Assembly: GCA_964016885.1 (NCBI GenBank)
Contig: OZ024740.1
Coordinates: forward strand, 237,956,001 to 238,020,000
Direction: 5' to 3'
Source: Eledone cirrhosa
Lineage: Eukaryota
DNA: 64,000 nucleotides
Below are positions 37,306-51,379 of this stretch, piece after piece. Positions within the stretch are counted from its first letter, which is position 1. The number at the start of each line of letters is the position of its first letter. The notes beneath the pieces are model-generated. The model ran no database searches and was not told where the DNA came from. It saw only the letters and a list, made by a program, of their open reading frames with translations. The translations under genes were made by a program, and so were the position numbers.

Positions 37306-40300
37306 ATATATATTCTTATATACATTTTCTCAAAATGTCATGGGAATTTAAAAACATGGAAATGGAATGGACTTCCATCGGTTTCCATGATGAGTGTTTC
37401 AGCTGTTTGAACAATGAAACATCCTACTCCTGAAATTAATTGGTAAGTGGCTGAGAATTCCACCAACATGTGTACTCTTAACTTAATTCTCCAGGAGATT
37501 CAGTATCATATGGCGTGTGGCAAGGCTATCCCTTTGAATTACAGGTACAGTCTATCCAGTTTCCATTCTAAACAGTTTCCATCAACTTGAGTTCAATCCC
37601 AAAGCATGAGTTCATCTGAGGCACTTCCTCAAAATACAATATGGTTGGATCAAACCTGAGACTTAATGGTTGCAAAGTGAACTTCCTAATCATTTGGCTA
37701 TGCTGCCTCCATAGTACATAAGTAGATAAAAAACACATCCACATTAAAGCAAAAACTTTGAAAGCAGCTGAGAAATAATGTTCTTGTTTTATTAAGATGA
37801 AGAATTGTGTGCTGCAACAGAAAACTAATATTGCACATAAACTATTGTGCAATGTTGTACTATAGTATTGTAAGAAAATATTGTTGTTGTACAAGTAATT
37901 CATTAAGCTGTTGAGAATTATTTATAGGAAATTAGTCTATCCAGTTTATTTTAGCAACTAATAATAGTGGGTTTATAATATTTCAGAAGATACTTAGAGA
38001 GGATACTCAGTCATTTAGTATATTACTCGGGTCTAGTATCTGTATGTTAATTTTGGTGTACATTTTGCTATAAATATAGCTTCTAAAGCTAATCTTATCA
38101 TTTCCTGGAATATTTCTATATGAGGTGTTTGTGTTGCACAAATAGGAACTATCTTTCTTCAATACATAGGAGAATTTACTCCAGCATACATCAAGTTTGC
38201 TAAATAACATGACAGAATTATTAAACAATGTACACCAGGGAGACATGGTATATGTTCATAAGGAAGTATTTTAGAATTTTCACAAGAAACCAATGGTAAC
38301 ATTTGTTTGCAACATTTGCACCATGGATGTAGAAAGTGTTGAACCATAGTCCCTATAAATGAAGCAACTAATTTTATCAACCTCATCAGGATGAAATGCA
38401 AAGCTAACCTTGGCAGGATTTGAACTCACAATGTAAAGGGAGATAATGATATGCCTCAAAACATGTTGTCCGACGCTCTACCGATTTTAATGGTGACAAA
38501 CACGCAGCAATAAAAGAAGTCTACCAAGAAACCTCCTTAAAAAACTCCAGTTGACTTGTATAACTGAGGTTGCCTTCCTTTGCCCACAGAACAATCAATA
38601 TACTAAGAGGACAAAGTGGCTATGGGTTACAGCATTCTATATGGCCAAGATTGATAAAATCAGATGATCTATACCCAGTATGTCAATGTCATATTCGTTT
38701 TGACAGCCACTCTAGAACATGCTGACAAGTTATAATAAAACTTAGAAAACAACTCCATCCTAAAATTCATCATTCCAATTAATTCATTTACAAATTCAGA
38801 AGACATAGATACTCCATTTTTAGATACAAACGTAGGAATAACATATGATTCATACAGTACATCTGTAAACACTAAAAACACATATGAATGTTAAAATGTG
38901 TCCACATATACATAAAATGTCTGAAATAAAATCTCTGGAAAAGAGACTTCAGATTTTCCTTCACAAATAGAAATCAAAAGAATTAATTAAACAGTCATCA
39001 AGAAAGGATATTCAATCAAGATAGTAGTCTTAGCTCTAGAACAATACGAAAACTAAACTAATAAAGAGTCCTATACAGGGTCACTTTATCTGCTAAAAAT
39101 AACAACCAAATCTCTTGCTCTGTTGTCTTTAAAAGATAAGACAATCACGGACTGCCTTAATTATATGTCAGTTCAATTTGGTTTGAACTCGGATTAAACA
39201 ATAAACAAACAACAATGTCAACAACACAAATAAATTCATCTCAAAAGATATAAGACACCAACACCCAGTAAAACGAATAACATATAGCATAATGTATGAA
39301 ACAAACATTGTAGAATGATGAATATCTTACAAGGTTTTTAAAACATAGAATACAACAAATGTATTTCATTAAATTGCAAACTAACTATAACACAAAGACA
39401 AGATTGTTCTTTGTTGTGTGAGTTCCGTATTGATGAGATTTGCAATTCTAATCTGTTTGTAATATAGTTTGACTACTCGTGGCTATTGCGTCTATCAATA
39501 ATTTATACATAAATTCAAAAATAAAGAAAACAGATTTTTGTTTCTTACATTTTAATCATTTCAAAAACTAAAAGAAAAAGAAGTGGTGATAATAATTAAC
39601 AAGCAATTGGTTTTTATGACATCCAATGAATGTGAAGTTAAAGTGATGTACTACTGACAACATGGTCCTAAGTTCAGATCTTACTACTGTCACTGCAGTG
39701 TATTCATGATGATCAAAGAACATAACTTACAGAACAAATACAGGTTGAACTCACAGTTGAGGGGTTAATGGTAGGAAGGGGATTTCGTTACTTTTTAGAC
39801 CCAAGTCAACCCTAACCAAGTAAATTTATAATCAAAAGGGTTCCAGTTGACTCCATCCCATCTTTTCAGCGATATTTCAGTACCACATTTAATGTGACTA
39901 CCCTTCTATTTTGTAAGACAGCAGTTGAGGAAGATTTGAATATTCTTTTTGTGAGTTAAACAACTTCATTGGTTCATGATAGGAAGAGGTATCATCTAAC
40001 TTTAATACCAATTGCTTAAACAAATAAAGTATTCTACTAATGCACACAGAGGCAAATGATTTTAAAATAGCTATTAAAACTTCATTTTAAAAGTCCCTTG
40101 CTACCACATCTGAACAAAACACTCATATATATACATTTTCTCAAAATGTCATAGGATTTAAGAGCATGGAAATGGAATGGACCTCCGTCAATTTCCATGA
40201 TGAGTGTTTCAGCTATTTGAGCAATGAAACATCCTACTCATGAAATTAACTTGTAAGTATAACCATGTTATATGTGTCAATTGTGGATGTACCATGATCA

Positions 40301-41269
40301 AATGATTAAGGAGTTTGACTCACACTCGTTAGATACAAGGTTTGATCCCACTAGGTCGAACTTTTCTATGAGTCTTCAATCAATCCATGCTTTGTGAGTA
40401 AAATTGGGTGAAGGGAAACTGTTTAGAAGCCCATTGGATGGGTTGTATCTGTAATTCAAAGGGCCAGCCTTCTTATACTGTGTCATGATGAATCTGTTTA
40501 AAAATTACATTAAGGATGTACGTGTCTTTAGGATGTTCAGCCAATTACATGTTAATTTCATAATCAGGCTGATCCATTGATTGAAAAACTGGAATACTCA
40601 TTTTCAATCGATCAATCAATGTGTTAATTAATGATGCTTCTCAAATTTCTCAAAATTTGGAGTCACATCTCAAGAAGAGCTATAGAATTGAAATTTTTCT
40701 TGTGGTGCTTTTATAAAAATGTAGTATAATTTTACATCATCTGCACCTGTATAAATTCTCATTACAATTCTTTTATCAACAAATGCCTTTCATCTTACAA
40801 ACTCATTCAAAAGATGACTTTTTTCACAAAGCAATTTTGCTGAAGCTGTTTAATTTTCAGCAGAAATATCTCAAATGTTTAACATAGTTTAGAAAATATC
40901 ATTTTCATGTCAGTTTTTCCATACTATATATGTATATGTATATGCATATGTATATGTGTATGTGTGTGCATGTGTGTGTATATATATATACACATACATG
41001 CTTCCATGCATACATATATACATACACACGTACATTCATATATACATACATAAACACATGCATACATATGTACATATATATATTTATTACTAATCCTTCG
41101 ACTATTTACCTTGATAGATAGCTATCTACTATCTCTTTTAGATGCTGACTTCATCACCATTTGACTAGCTGTCTGACAAACATGGCCTTGTGCTCCTGCC
41201 TTTTTCTTTTTTCCCTTCTGCTTACACACATCAACATGTATCCTCCTACATCATGGATCTCAATTTGCT

Positions 41270-41530
41270 ACTCTGCAAACCATTTAATGACTACACAGGG
41301 CAGACGTGGACTCTGCAAGCCATAGTGAAGGCAACCTATCTAGAGGAGCAGTAACTCTGATTAAAACAACTGCACAGGGCAGACGTGGGCCCCATACACC
41401 GTAGTGAAAGCAACATGTCTAAGAGGGCAGTGACACCAATGTAAAAATGACTGCACAAGGCAGATGTGGGCTCTGTAAGCCGCAGTGAAGGCTACCTGTC
41501 TAGGAGAGTAGACATTCCAAATAAAAACTG
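41270..41530 (+). repeat. Three ~79-bp tandem units resembling RTE 5' UTR repeats
   Basis: ACTGCACAGGGCAGACGTGGGC...GTGAAGGCAACCTGTCTAG three times, upstream of the APE domain. Confidence 0.7.
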
Positions 41531-41849
41531 ATACAGGGTGGAGAGGAATCTTACATCTGGTAAGACAACTTCTATAGTGCTGGTGGCATGAACAATATGC
41601 CCAACCCACGCTGTAAAGTGGTTAGTGATAGGAAGGGCATCCAGCCTGTAAAACCCAGCCAAAATTATGAAAAGCATGACCAATATGATTTCCACTATTT
41701 GCGAACACAGGGCTAACACTAGTCATGTTAGTGCTGCGCACAGTAATGGGGTGGCTTGAGTAGCCATGTGTGAGAGCCCCTCAACCATTATCAAGCAATA
41801 ACACAACCACTTTCCCTTTCAGGTACATAGAACCTCTAACCAAGGAGGT

Positions 41850-43030
41850 AACAACAGCTATCAAGGTACAAATCTCAGAACAGCCACCCTCAATGTTGGA
41901 ACACTGAAAGGTAAATCAGGTGAAATTGTGGAACTGTTAGAGAGAAGAGGAGTAGATGTATGCTGTGCACAAGAAGTGAGATGGGGGAGGGGGGTGCCTC
42001 AGCAAGACTAATTACAGGTAAGCAACTTAGATATAAACTTTACTGGGTAGAAAATGACAATGGGGTAAGAGGTGTCGGCATCCTATGAGCTGAGAATTGA
42101 TAGATAAGGTAATAGAGGTATTTAGAATAAGTGACAGAATCATCAAGCTTAGATTAACTCTAAGAAATAAACTGGTGACAATCACATCAACCTATGTTCT
42201 GCTGGCAGGACTGGGTAAAGAACAAATGGACAGTTTCTATGAGAAACTTTTACAGGCAACTTCAGGTATTGACGAAAGAGACCTCATCATCTTGGCAGGT
42301 GACTTCAATGGACATGTGGGACAGTACCAGGATAGCTTCAGTGGAGTACATGGTTGCTGTGATTATGGCTGAAGGAATGAAGAGGGGCTGAGACTCCTAG
42401 AATTCTGTGATACAAATGAACTAACCATCTGCAACACAAATTTCAGGAAACCAGCCAACCACCTGATTCCATATCAATCTGGTGAACACACAAGCAAATT
42501 GATTACTTATTTGTTAGACAACATGTCAAATGGACTGTAATAAATATTTAGGCCTTCCCTGGGGAAGAATACACTGCCCAGCATGAGTTAGTTATTAGTG
42601 ACATCAAAATAAACAAGTCCTGCACGAAAATATGGAGACAGAGGGTGTGGAAGCTAAAGGACTTCTCAGTTAATATAGGTTTAGAAAGGCACGACAGGAT
42701 GCACTTGATGAGAGGGATGACGAGCTAGATACATACAACATAGAGGACAACTGGACAATTCTTACACAACCTTTTGTGAACTACTGGTGAGACTTGCAGC
42801 TGAAGTATAGCACCAGCCAGACAGAGGGTGACCTGGTAGTGGAACAGCACAGTAGATACAGCCATTAAAGCCAAGAGACAGGCAAGGAAAGACTGGAAAA
42901 ATGGGGGTAGCAGAGACCAGTACCAAGTAGCTGAAGAAAAAAGCTAGGCAACAGATGTACACAACTCGGAGAGAAGCTAAAGAAAATAAATTTTCCAATG
43001 TCTTGAGATGTGAGGATCAGAGACATGAAT
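41850..43030 (+). mobile_element. RTE LINE 5' part (APE endonuclease)
   Basis: TATLNVGTLKGKSGEIVELLERRGVDVCCAQEVRW and ILAGDFNGHVG; frameshifted. Confidence 0.88.
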
Positions 43031-44469
43031 TGCGAGTGAGGCAGTTCTAATTCTCTAGAGGCCATTGCTAAAATTGAAAAAAAAAAAAAAAAGTAAAAAA
43101 GCATAGTATCTAACTCTTTAACATCATAAATTCACTACCATTGGATTAGTACTTTGTACCTCAAAAGGATGAAAAGCAAAATTGGATTAAAAGGTCGAAA
43201 CTTGACAGTCTTTCTTTTTTTAATATAACTGTCATCGAAATTCTCCATGAAAGATGGTACAATCAGCTTGAGACATTTTACATGCAAACGTCTCCATTGT
43301 AGTGTAGCAGAGACGAAATGGAAAATACAAAATAAAAGAAAAAGGCACAAAAAGTGCCTAAAAAATTTTTTTTTAAAGAAAAAAAGAAGGAAAAAAAGAA
43401 AAAAAGCTGTTCTGTAGCTATTAAATTACGTCTTCCTTTATGTATGGAGGTTTATATATGTAGCAGGGTATGTGTTTGAATATATATCAATCTGTATAAT
43501 ATAGTACAAATGACATTATATGTATGAACATAGACAAATAATGAACTGTAGTGACGGAGGGAGTCATTAGCTTCAAACAATGAATCTATGCTTTGCTATT
43601 TTTCCACTTTTTTTAACAACTAAATGTGTATGCGTGTATGTTTTTTATTTCCATTTAAAGTGAAAGCTAACACTGAAAAACAATTGTAAAATATGTATTT
43701 AACCAAAATATAATCTTCCACTTTCCTAAATGCATTTGATAAACTATTTTAATGTGGGTGAACCTTTTCAAATCAAATGTATTGAACATTTCCATGTCAA
43801 GTGTAGTAACTGTGTCTCTGCTCTTCAAATTACAAATTTAACAGTTATATCCATTTAGTTACAATTGTTCTAAAAGTTGGCATTTTGCCTCTATTAACAA
43901 TTCCACTGAAACACGTAATTTGTCTCCTTGACAAGCTGTTCTGACAGGTATACAGTGAATAAAGACTAATTTTGTTTGATAATGACGGGCGTTGGGTTGG
44001 CAGTGCCGGTTCGATTTGTTTTAGTTTGCTTTTGCAGTGATCCATCACAAGTTTCATCGTGGATCCAACATACATAATAAAAGTGCTGAGGAAGATAATA
44101 ATTGTTTCTACTTTAGGCACAAGGCCAGCAATTACCCAGTGCATTACTGGTACTGAGGAAGATAATAATGCAGGTTAACATTTTCTTATATTTCTTCAAA
44201 TTAAGCCGATTATATTTGTGTATAAATCCAATGTGGGGAGACTGCGAATTATTTGAAAAAGAACAAAATATTAACTAAATAGTCTTACAGTTCTTCGAGA
44301 GTAATATTCAATTTAGATATTTCAACAGAAGTGACCCTGGGTTACCTTTGATTAGGTTCAATTCGGTGTTGCGGACAAAGTCATAAAATTTATGCAAATA
44401 TCTTTTCTTGGATGTTATGCAAAACAAGAAACTGAACAAAATATATTCATAAAAATAAATCATAATAAT

Positions 44470-44680
44470 AATGGTTTCTGATTTAGGCACAAGGCCAACA
44501 ATTTTGGGGGAGGGGAAAGTCAATTAAATCAACCCCAGTATATAACTAGGGCTTTATTTCATCAACCCTGTAAGGATGAAAGGCAAAGCTAGCCTTGGCA
44601 GGGTTTAAAGTCAGAACATAAAGGACCATAATTCTATGTCGTGAAGTATGGTGTCCGACGCTCTACCGATTACAGCTAAC
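44470..44680 (-). mobile_element. SINE family 2 copy; a separate truncated tail at 44103-44152 has a 17-bp TSD
   Basis: Ends CCTAAATCAGAAACC(ATT)n. CTGAGGAAGATAATAAT occurs at 44086-44102 and 44153-44169. Confidence 0.82.
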
Positions 44681-44734
44681 CTACCTGCAACTGGAACAAA
44701 TTAACACCTACCTTCTTTTGCATAAAATCAGAAT

Positions 44735-46535
44735 GTATTACAAGACAGTGTGTTAATGGGAATCAAATGTTGTTAGGGAAAAATGTGTTAGAAATGACGG
44801 TGGTGCACTTAGCACCAATGATGCCCAAAAGAAAGAGGCCAGGAAATGTTACTATGAGAGATTGATGAATGTAGAGAGTGAATGGGAGGAAAAGAAACTA
44901 TCCCCAACTTACCCAAAGGAAGAACCAGCTATAGAGGTTGATAGTTTTAGGGTCAAAGAGCCAATCAAGGAAATGAAGAATGGTAAAGCTGCAGGACCAT
45001 CAGAAATAGTTGCTGAAATGATAAAAGCATCGGGAAAGGTAGGAGTCAAACTAGTAACCGGTATAGTAAATAAAGTAATACATGACTGAGTCATACCCAA
45101 TGACTGGCGCAGCAGTATAACTGTAAATTGCTACAAGGGCAAAGGTGATGCTCTAGAAAGGAACAACTACAGAGGAATAAAACTCATGGACTAAGTTATG
45201 AAAGTGAAAGAAAGTTATAGTTCAGCTAATTAGGGAAAGATTCAAAATAGATGAAATGCAGTTCCTAGCCAAACATAAGCCACTGTATTTAGCTTTTGTT
45301 GATATAGAGAAGGTCTTTGACAGAGTAACTCAATATATTATCTGGTGGCCCTAAAGGAAATTAGGTGCAGAAGAGTGGCTTGTGAGAGCAGTACAAGCTA
45401 TGTACAGAAGAGCTGTCAGTAAAGTGAGAGTAGGAAATGAGTTTAGTGAGGAATTCAAGGTACAGGTAGGAGTTCATCAAGGTTCAATTCTTATCCCACT
45501 GCTGTTCATCATAGTTCTTCAGGCCATAACAGAGGAATTTAAAATGGGTTGCCCATGGGAACTTCTCTATGCAGATGATTTGGTCCTTATAGCTGAAACA
45601 AAAAATGAACTAGAAAATTATTCCAATTATGGAAACAGAATTTGGAATCAAAATGGCTGAGAGTAAACATAGCCAAAACTAAGGTGCTAGTGAGTAGAAG
45701 AGAAGACACAACCCAGATTCCCTCAGGGAAATGGACATGCTCAATATGCAGAAAAGGAGTAGGCATTAACTCTCTACAATGTATACAATATAAATCTTGG
45801 GTACACAAAAGATGAGTAGACTAACAGGAAGGAAGAACTTTGCATGTAAAAGATGCACAGGGGTAGCCGAGGAGAAGAGCAACAGTGATATAAACCTGTT
45901 TAAGTCACAGGAAGGATCCATAGACATGATTGATAGCTTCACTAATTAGGTGACCTAATTAGCAGTGAAGGAGGGTGCACTGAGAGTATAATAGTTAGAA
46001 TAAGGATAAGCTGGAAATTTAGAGAACTACTCCCACTGTTGACAACAAAAGATTTCTCCCTACATACTAAAGGAAGGTTGAATGACACCTGTGTATAGTG
46101 CATGATGGTGCATGGTTGTGAAACATGAGCTGTGGCTGCAGAGACCATTTATAGACTGGAGAGAAATGAAGCAACCATGTTTTGTTGGATGTGTAATGTA
46201 AATGTGAGAGAAAGGCAGAGCTTGGATGAGCTGACGGAGAGGCTGGGTTTGAGGGGAATCCAAGATGGTGACAACATCGGTATTGAAATGTGATGCGCAT
46301 ATACAATAACTGATGGGTGAAGACATACCAGGAAATACCAGTAGAAGGAAGCTACAATAGAGGACTACCAAGGAAGACTTGGGTAGAGGTTATAGAGTTA
46401 ATCTCAACTCACTAAGACTGGCAAAGGAGATGATAAAGGAACACGACAAGAGGTGAGATTCCATGCTGAGAAAGACCCATCCAACCCATGCAAGCATGCA
46501 AAAGTGGACGTAAAAATGAAGATAATGATGATGAT
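44735..46535 (+). mobile_element. RTE LINE 3' part (RT), continuation of 41850-43030
   Basis: GKAAGPSEIVAEM, NYRGIKL, VGVHQGSILIPLLF and LLYADDLVL; tail GTGGACGTAAAAATGAAGAT(ATG)n followed by (GA)n. Confidence 0.92.
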
Positions 46536-46536
46536 G

Positions 46537-46611
<75 letters not shown>

Positions 46612-46649
46612 GACACACATACATACATATATGTATATACATATGTATG

Positions 46650-48290
46650 TTCTCTCTTTCTTTTAATTTTGAGCTGATTTTTTACTGGCCACCTTCTCAC
46701 TGGCAAGGTTGTAAAGAAAAGTAAATTATCATTGTCCATTGCATAAGTATTTATTCTTTGAACCATTTACACATTTTTAAGGTTCCAGATATCATGACCA
46801 TTTGTAGCTGACAAATTAAGGAGTTCTGTTCTTTTTTCACAAATCCAAATTCAGTCATTCTTTGGTCCAGGCGGGTTGGTATATATCCTATAACTCTAAT
46901 AATAATAGGTATGAAGCCAAACATGTATCTTTGGCATTAGATCTGCAAACTCCTCATCAATGAAACATAGATAACCTCTTTCTCTTGCATTTTTCTCATT
47001 GCATTGAAATGGAGTGAGCAGCTGACTTCTACAACAGAGCATGTTTTTAATGTATGGTTCCAACAACAATATCAGGCTGGTTGTATTTTAATTTTGTGGA
47101 GGTTTTTATTTTTAGATTCCACCACTATTGCCTTGAGTGTTTTAGTATTGCTTTGAGCCATCAATCTCAACATACTCCTTATTTAATTTTATTCTCATCT
47201 TCTGTAGAAGTTTTATTTTATTTTCATCATGCCTTAAGGGGAAGTAGCAACGAGAATACATTCTTTCACAGTTGGCAATAATATGGCTAACATCTTCAAG
47301 TTGTATTTTGCACAGCCTACATTTATTGTCAACTGATGACTTACCCCTTTTATATATTAGGTACATGGTGGGGATTTCTTGTTCCTGGATTGCATGGAAG
47401 TATCCTTCAAGGTGATGTTATGAACTTATCAGAACTCCCTGTCAAGCTTTTAGTATGGTTTATCCCCCTCCATGATCAGTGTTTTTGTCTCAAGTACCCA
47501 TGTACAACATTCTCAGTGAATTGGTCCATTTTTTATTTTGTTCAAGCATTAAGTAGTGTATTCCAATGTTCCTGGGATAGAGATTTGCATCAGCTTTTAT
47601 TTCTTGTCTCTCCTCTATGTCAGTGACTAATCAAACAATGTTGTTATTTTCATGTCCATAAACCTTGGCAAGGTGGTTGCAGACTTTTTTCTTCTATTAA
47701 AGATGTTGCTCCAGTGTTATTATTTGGGTCTTGTATGATGTTAATAAGGATTTTAGGTCCCTGCCACCCTCCTTGTGGGGAAAATATGACCTTTTCAAGT
47801 CAGCATTGATGTTAAAGTTTCCAGTACCACTGAGTAGCTTGTGAATCCTTATATCCATCTCATTCAATTTTTGCAATAACCAGGAGGACACAACTTTTCC
47901 ACATTTTATAATCAAAAATGCACATTTAGACTCACCAAATGTCATTCCAATGTCTGTAGAAAATAGGGTAATGAGACCCAATAGTTTTTTGATATTGCTG
48001 ATATGGGGCCAAAACAACTGTAGGTCATCAAGATACTTCTGGATCCATTTCTATGGCCAGTATGTTTTGAGAGCATGTATGATAGTGGGTTTAATGGAAG
48101 AAGGAAGAGCAGTACTGACAAGTTATCACCCAGAAAGATATTTTTTGTACTGTATGATATCAGGCTCAATTTGCTTTTAAGGAGCAAAGTAGTGTACCAA
48201 GTCTTGGTCAGGGGTTGGATAGCAGCTAATACCTGTGGTTGGGGGATTTTTACTCACTGTAACACTACAGTCAAGTTCCTGTGATTCTTC
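46650..48290 (-). mobile_element. R4/Dong-like LINE (second family), decayed
   Basis: DIGMTFGESKC, EGGRDLKS and KCRLCKIQLEDVSHIIANC; 3' UTR matches 56430-56506; ends in CATACAT. Confidence 0.8.
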
Positions 48291-48394
48291 ACTATTTTGC
48301 TTGGTGATGATGATGTATACATAGATACATGATATACATACATACACACACACAAACACAGATACACACATACATACATGCATATATATATATA

Positions 48395-49725
48395 TATATG
48401 AGAGTATTGAAGTTTGCTTGAAGCATTGTGGAATAATAAGTAAATATCTTTAAGTCGTTTGGAAGCCCCGACAATGCAAATGGGTAAATCTCCGGGTAAC
48501 AAGATCCGGTGGTGGAGAGAGAGATGTAAGTGGGTGTACGTTGAGATGCGTGGTGTGTATAAGACGTGTAGAAGAATGAAGGAAAGAGTATAGAGGATAA
48601 AATAAAAATAAAAATAAAAATAAGAACACGAGAGAGAGTAACCTTGGGAAAGATTTTATTGTCCCTATATATTTCGGATTCACATCCATCAACTGGGGGT
48701 TTTTTTCCGGCGTGGGGAAAAGGTTGTCTGTCGGAAAGGTGCGAAACGCGTCCTCCGCTGTTTGTTGTTTTTGAATATCTGAGGTATTCAGCAGAGCGCG
48801 CGTGCGCGTGAAATGGGGTCGGTCGAGCAGAGGTCAGCGGCCGAATGTGGGAGTGGGATGGTGTTAGCTGTCAGTTCATTCTCTGCCTGTTTGTTAAATG
48901 TTACTGTGTGTGTGTGTGTGCGTGTGTTGTTGTCTCGCTTGAGTGTGTGTGTGTGTTGTTGTTGCCTTGTTCCTCTGTATTGGCAGTGTAGTATGTTCGT
49001 ATGGTGGAATGCTACTGTGTGTGTGTGCGTGTGCGTGTGTAGTTGTCTCGTTTGTGTGTGTGTGTGCGTGTGTTGCTGCATCGTTTGTTAACTAAAACCA
49101 GCCACTTCATTTCGCGTCTCTCTCTCAGATCGATTGTTTATTTGCGGTGCAAGGCGTTTGATAAAAAGCGCTTCCTTGATACGTAACGTGCCAACGTTTC
49201 TTTCAGTCGCTAGAATTGTGACAATGGGCCTTCCGTCTTTGTTTCCGCATTTGTCTATGTGTTTCCGGAAAGACGAGGCCCTGGTTTTAGTGTGTTCCTT
49301 GATCCGGATGTGCAAAGGTCGGATTGTGCTACCTATATAGTATTGGTTGCACCTGTCACATTCTATCTTATACACGACGTATGTGCGTAGGCAACAGTTC
49401 GCATTGCGTATCGGGCAGTCTCTGAGGGAGCACGCGTCAGTAGATTTCCCGGGTTTCCTGGAGAGGCATCTTCACAGGGAGGGGCCCGAGTGGGCCAGGT
49501 GGATCTCGAGGCCCTCCCTCCGTATAGCCTTGCGGATAGCGTTGGTGGTATTCTCGCCCAGGTGTGGGATTTTAAGGAAGCACTTGCCTTGGGTGCCTCT
49601 CTGTCTCTTGCGTCTGTGAGCGAGGTAGGGTACCCGTTCGTCTCCAGCACCTCGAGGAATCGCTTGGTATGAGTGACACCACTCGCAGGATCGCTGCATC
49701 TGTTTTTGATTCGCGCGATCTCGTT

Positions 49726-49730
<5 letters not shown>
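48395..49730 (-). mobile_element. Penelope-like element 3' part: RT thumb, Cys-rich linker, C-terminal GIY-YIG endonuclease, 3' UTR
   Basis: [18 protein letters not shown]; then CSLRDCPIRNANCC-LRTYVVYKIECDRCNQYYIGSTIRPLHIRIKEH..LRIKEALFIKRLAPQIN, stop at 49088. One frameshift and one TGA; both ends lie in (TA)n; decayed HHR at 48663-48698. Confidence 0.92.
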
Positions 49731-49823
<93 letters not shown>

Positions 49824-49980
49824 CGAAGGAAATGTGGTAAGGAACCAGGTGGACCATAACGCACCAAAGTACTCAATACTTGGGGTAGTAGAGTGGGTAA
49901 TAGGAACCAGTAAGACCCCGACGGCTGAGCTCAAGCCGTTTCGACGGCTAATTCTGGACTTTAGATATATATATATATAT

Positions 49981-50029
<49 letters not shown>

Positions 50030-50035
<6 letters not shown>

Positions 50036-50680
50036 ATAAAATATAGAGAAAAATACTGCAGGTAGCACATGGATAACATGTAATAAAATGAGTCCCTCAT
50101 CAGTGATTTGCCGACGATCATCGATATTTCATTGCATTAAAAATCATATACCTCACGTCGGTGCAATAATAACCAAAATAAGTTATTAGGACAATTGAAA
50201 CGCGTAAAGAGAGTGAGACAGGAGAACAACAAAGAGTATAGCTAACCGTAGGGGAAAGAAACAAGCTTCAAAATTATTCTGTTTAGCATAAGCTAGGTGA
50301 ATATATGAGCGCTTTTAGAAAACAGACCTGACACGAACTCTGGCCATGTGAGAAGAGAGAAAAATAGCCTTCGTGGTGTACAGGATGAAATGAAGAGAAG
50401 AGAAACAGTGAGTGAGTGAAAGTGTGAGGAAGAGTTAACTGACATAACAGAGGGGGAGAAACAGAGAGACTGGGGGAGCAGTAAGAGAGAGAGAGAAAAA
50501 AACACAGAATCGCAGTGGTAAATATATGTAATAAAATATAGAGAAAAATACTGCAGGTAGCACATGGATAACATGTAATAAAATGAGTCCCTCATCAGTG
50601 ATTTGCCGACGATCCTCGATATTTCATTGCATTAAAAATCATATACCTCACGTCGGTGCAATAATAACCAAAATAAGTTT
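50030..50680. repeat. ~155-bp direct repeats (50030-50185, 50525-50680) bounding a ~340-bp spacer, flanked by (TA)n
   Basis: Near-identical GTAATAAAATATAGAG...AACCAAAATAAGTT occurs twice. Confidence 0.88.
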
Positions 50681-50693
50681 ATATATATATGTA

Positions 50694-50912
<219 letters not shown>

Positions 50913-51230
50913 GGAGGCACATGGCTTAGTGGTTAGAGCATTGGCCTTGCAATCGAAAGGTTGTGAATTCAATTCTCAGACTGGGCGATGTGTTGTTTCC
51001 TTGAGCAAGACACTTTATTTCACATTGCTCCAGTTTACTCAGCTGTAGAAATGAGATGATAGGGACTGGGGTAAAGTGGTCGTGTAGGTGCCACGGCAAA
51101 AAGCACACAGCACTCACTGTAAATGAGGTTGGTGTTAGCATCCAGCTGTAGAAACCAAGCCAAAATCAGTTCCCGTCCCACCCTTGCAAGCAGGGAAAAA
51201 GTGTACATAAAATGAAATGAAAATGAAATG
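50913..51230 (+). mobile_element. SINE family 1 copy with RTE tail
   Basis: GGAGGCACATGGCTTAGTGG..GAATTCAATTC..TCCTTGAGCAAGACACTTT..CCCTTGCAAGCAGGGAAAA..(AAATG)n. Confidence 0.88.
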
Positions 51231-51379
51231 ATATATATATACATAATAATAATAATGATATTTGTGTAATTTATATATACATATATATATCAAAAGTATA
51301 TATTGAGTTTAAAACTCACATTAGTCCCTTATAATCAAAGTAGCTCAAGGAAAAAATGTTCTGAGCCTTATAATACAAT

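Noticed and set aside
37385-37425. Hammerhead-like ATGATGA...GAAAC (also near 40197)
   Set aside because: It lacks C3 and has no stem I or III pairing; it is part of a SINE tail.
49472-49474. In-frame TGA in the PLE ORF as selenocysteine (as in some Naiad PLEs)
   Set aside because: The context PSL*RCL is not a conserved Cys position and is best explained by CGA>TGA decay. The copy also has a frameshift and a C-terminal endonuclease, unlike Naiads.
50913-50985. tRNA genes (also at 10877, 18530, 52735)
   Set aside because: The A/B-box heads run into CORE-like and RTE-tail sequence without a proper acceptor stem, so they are SINE heads.
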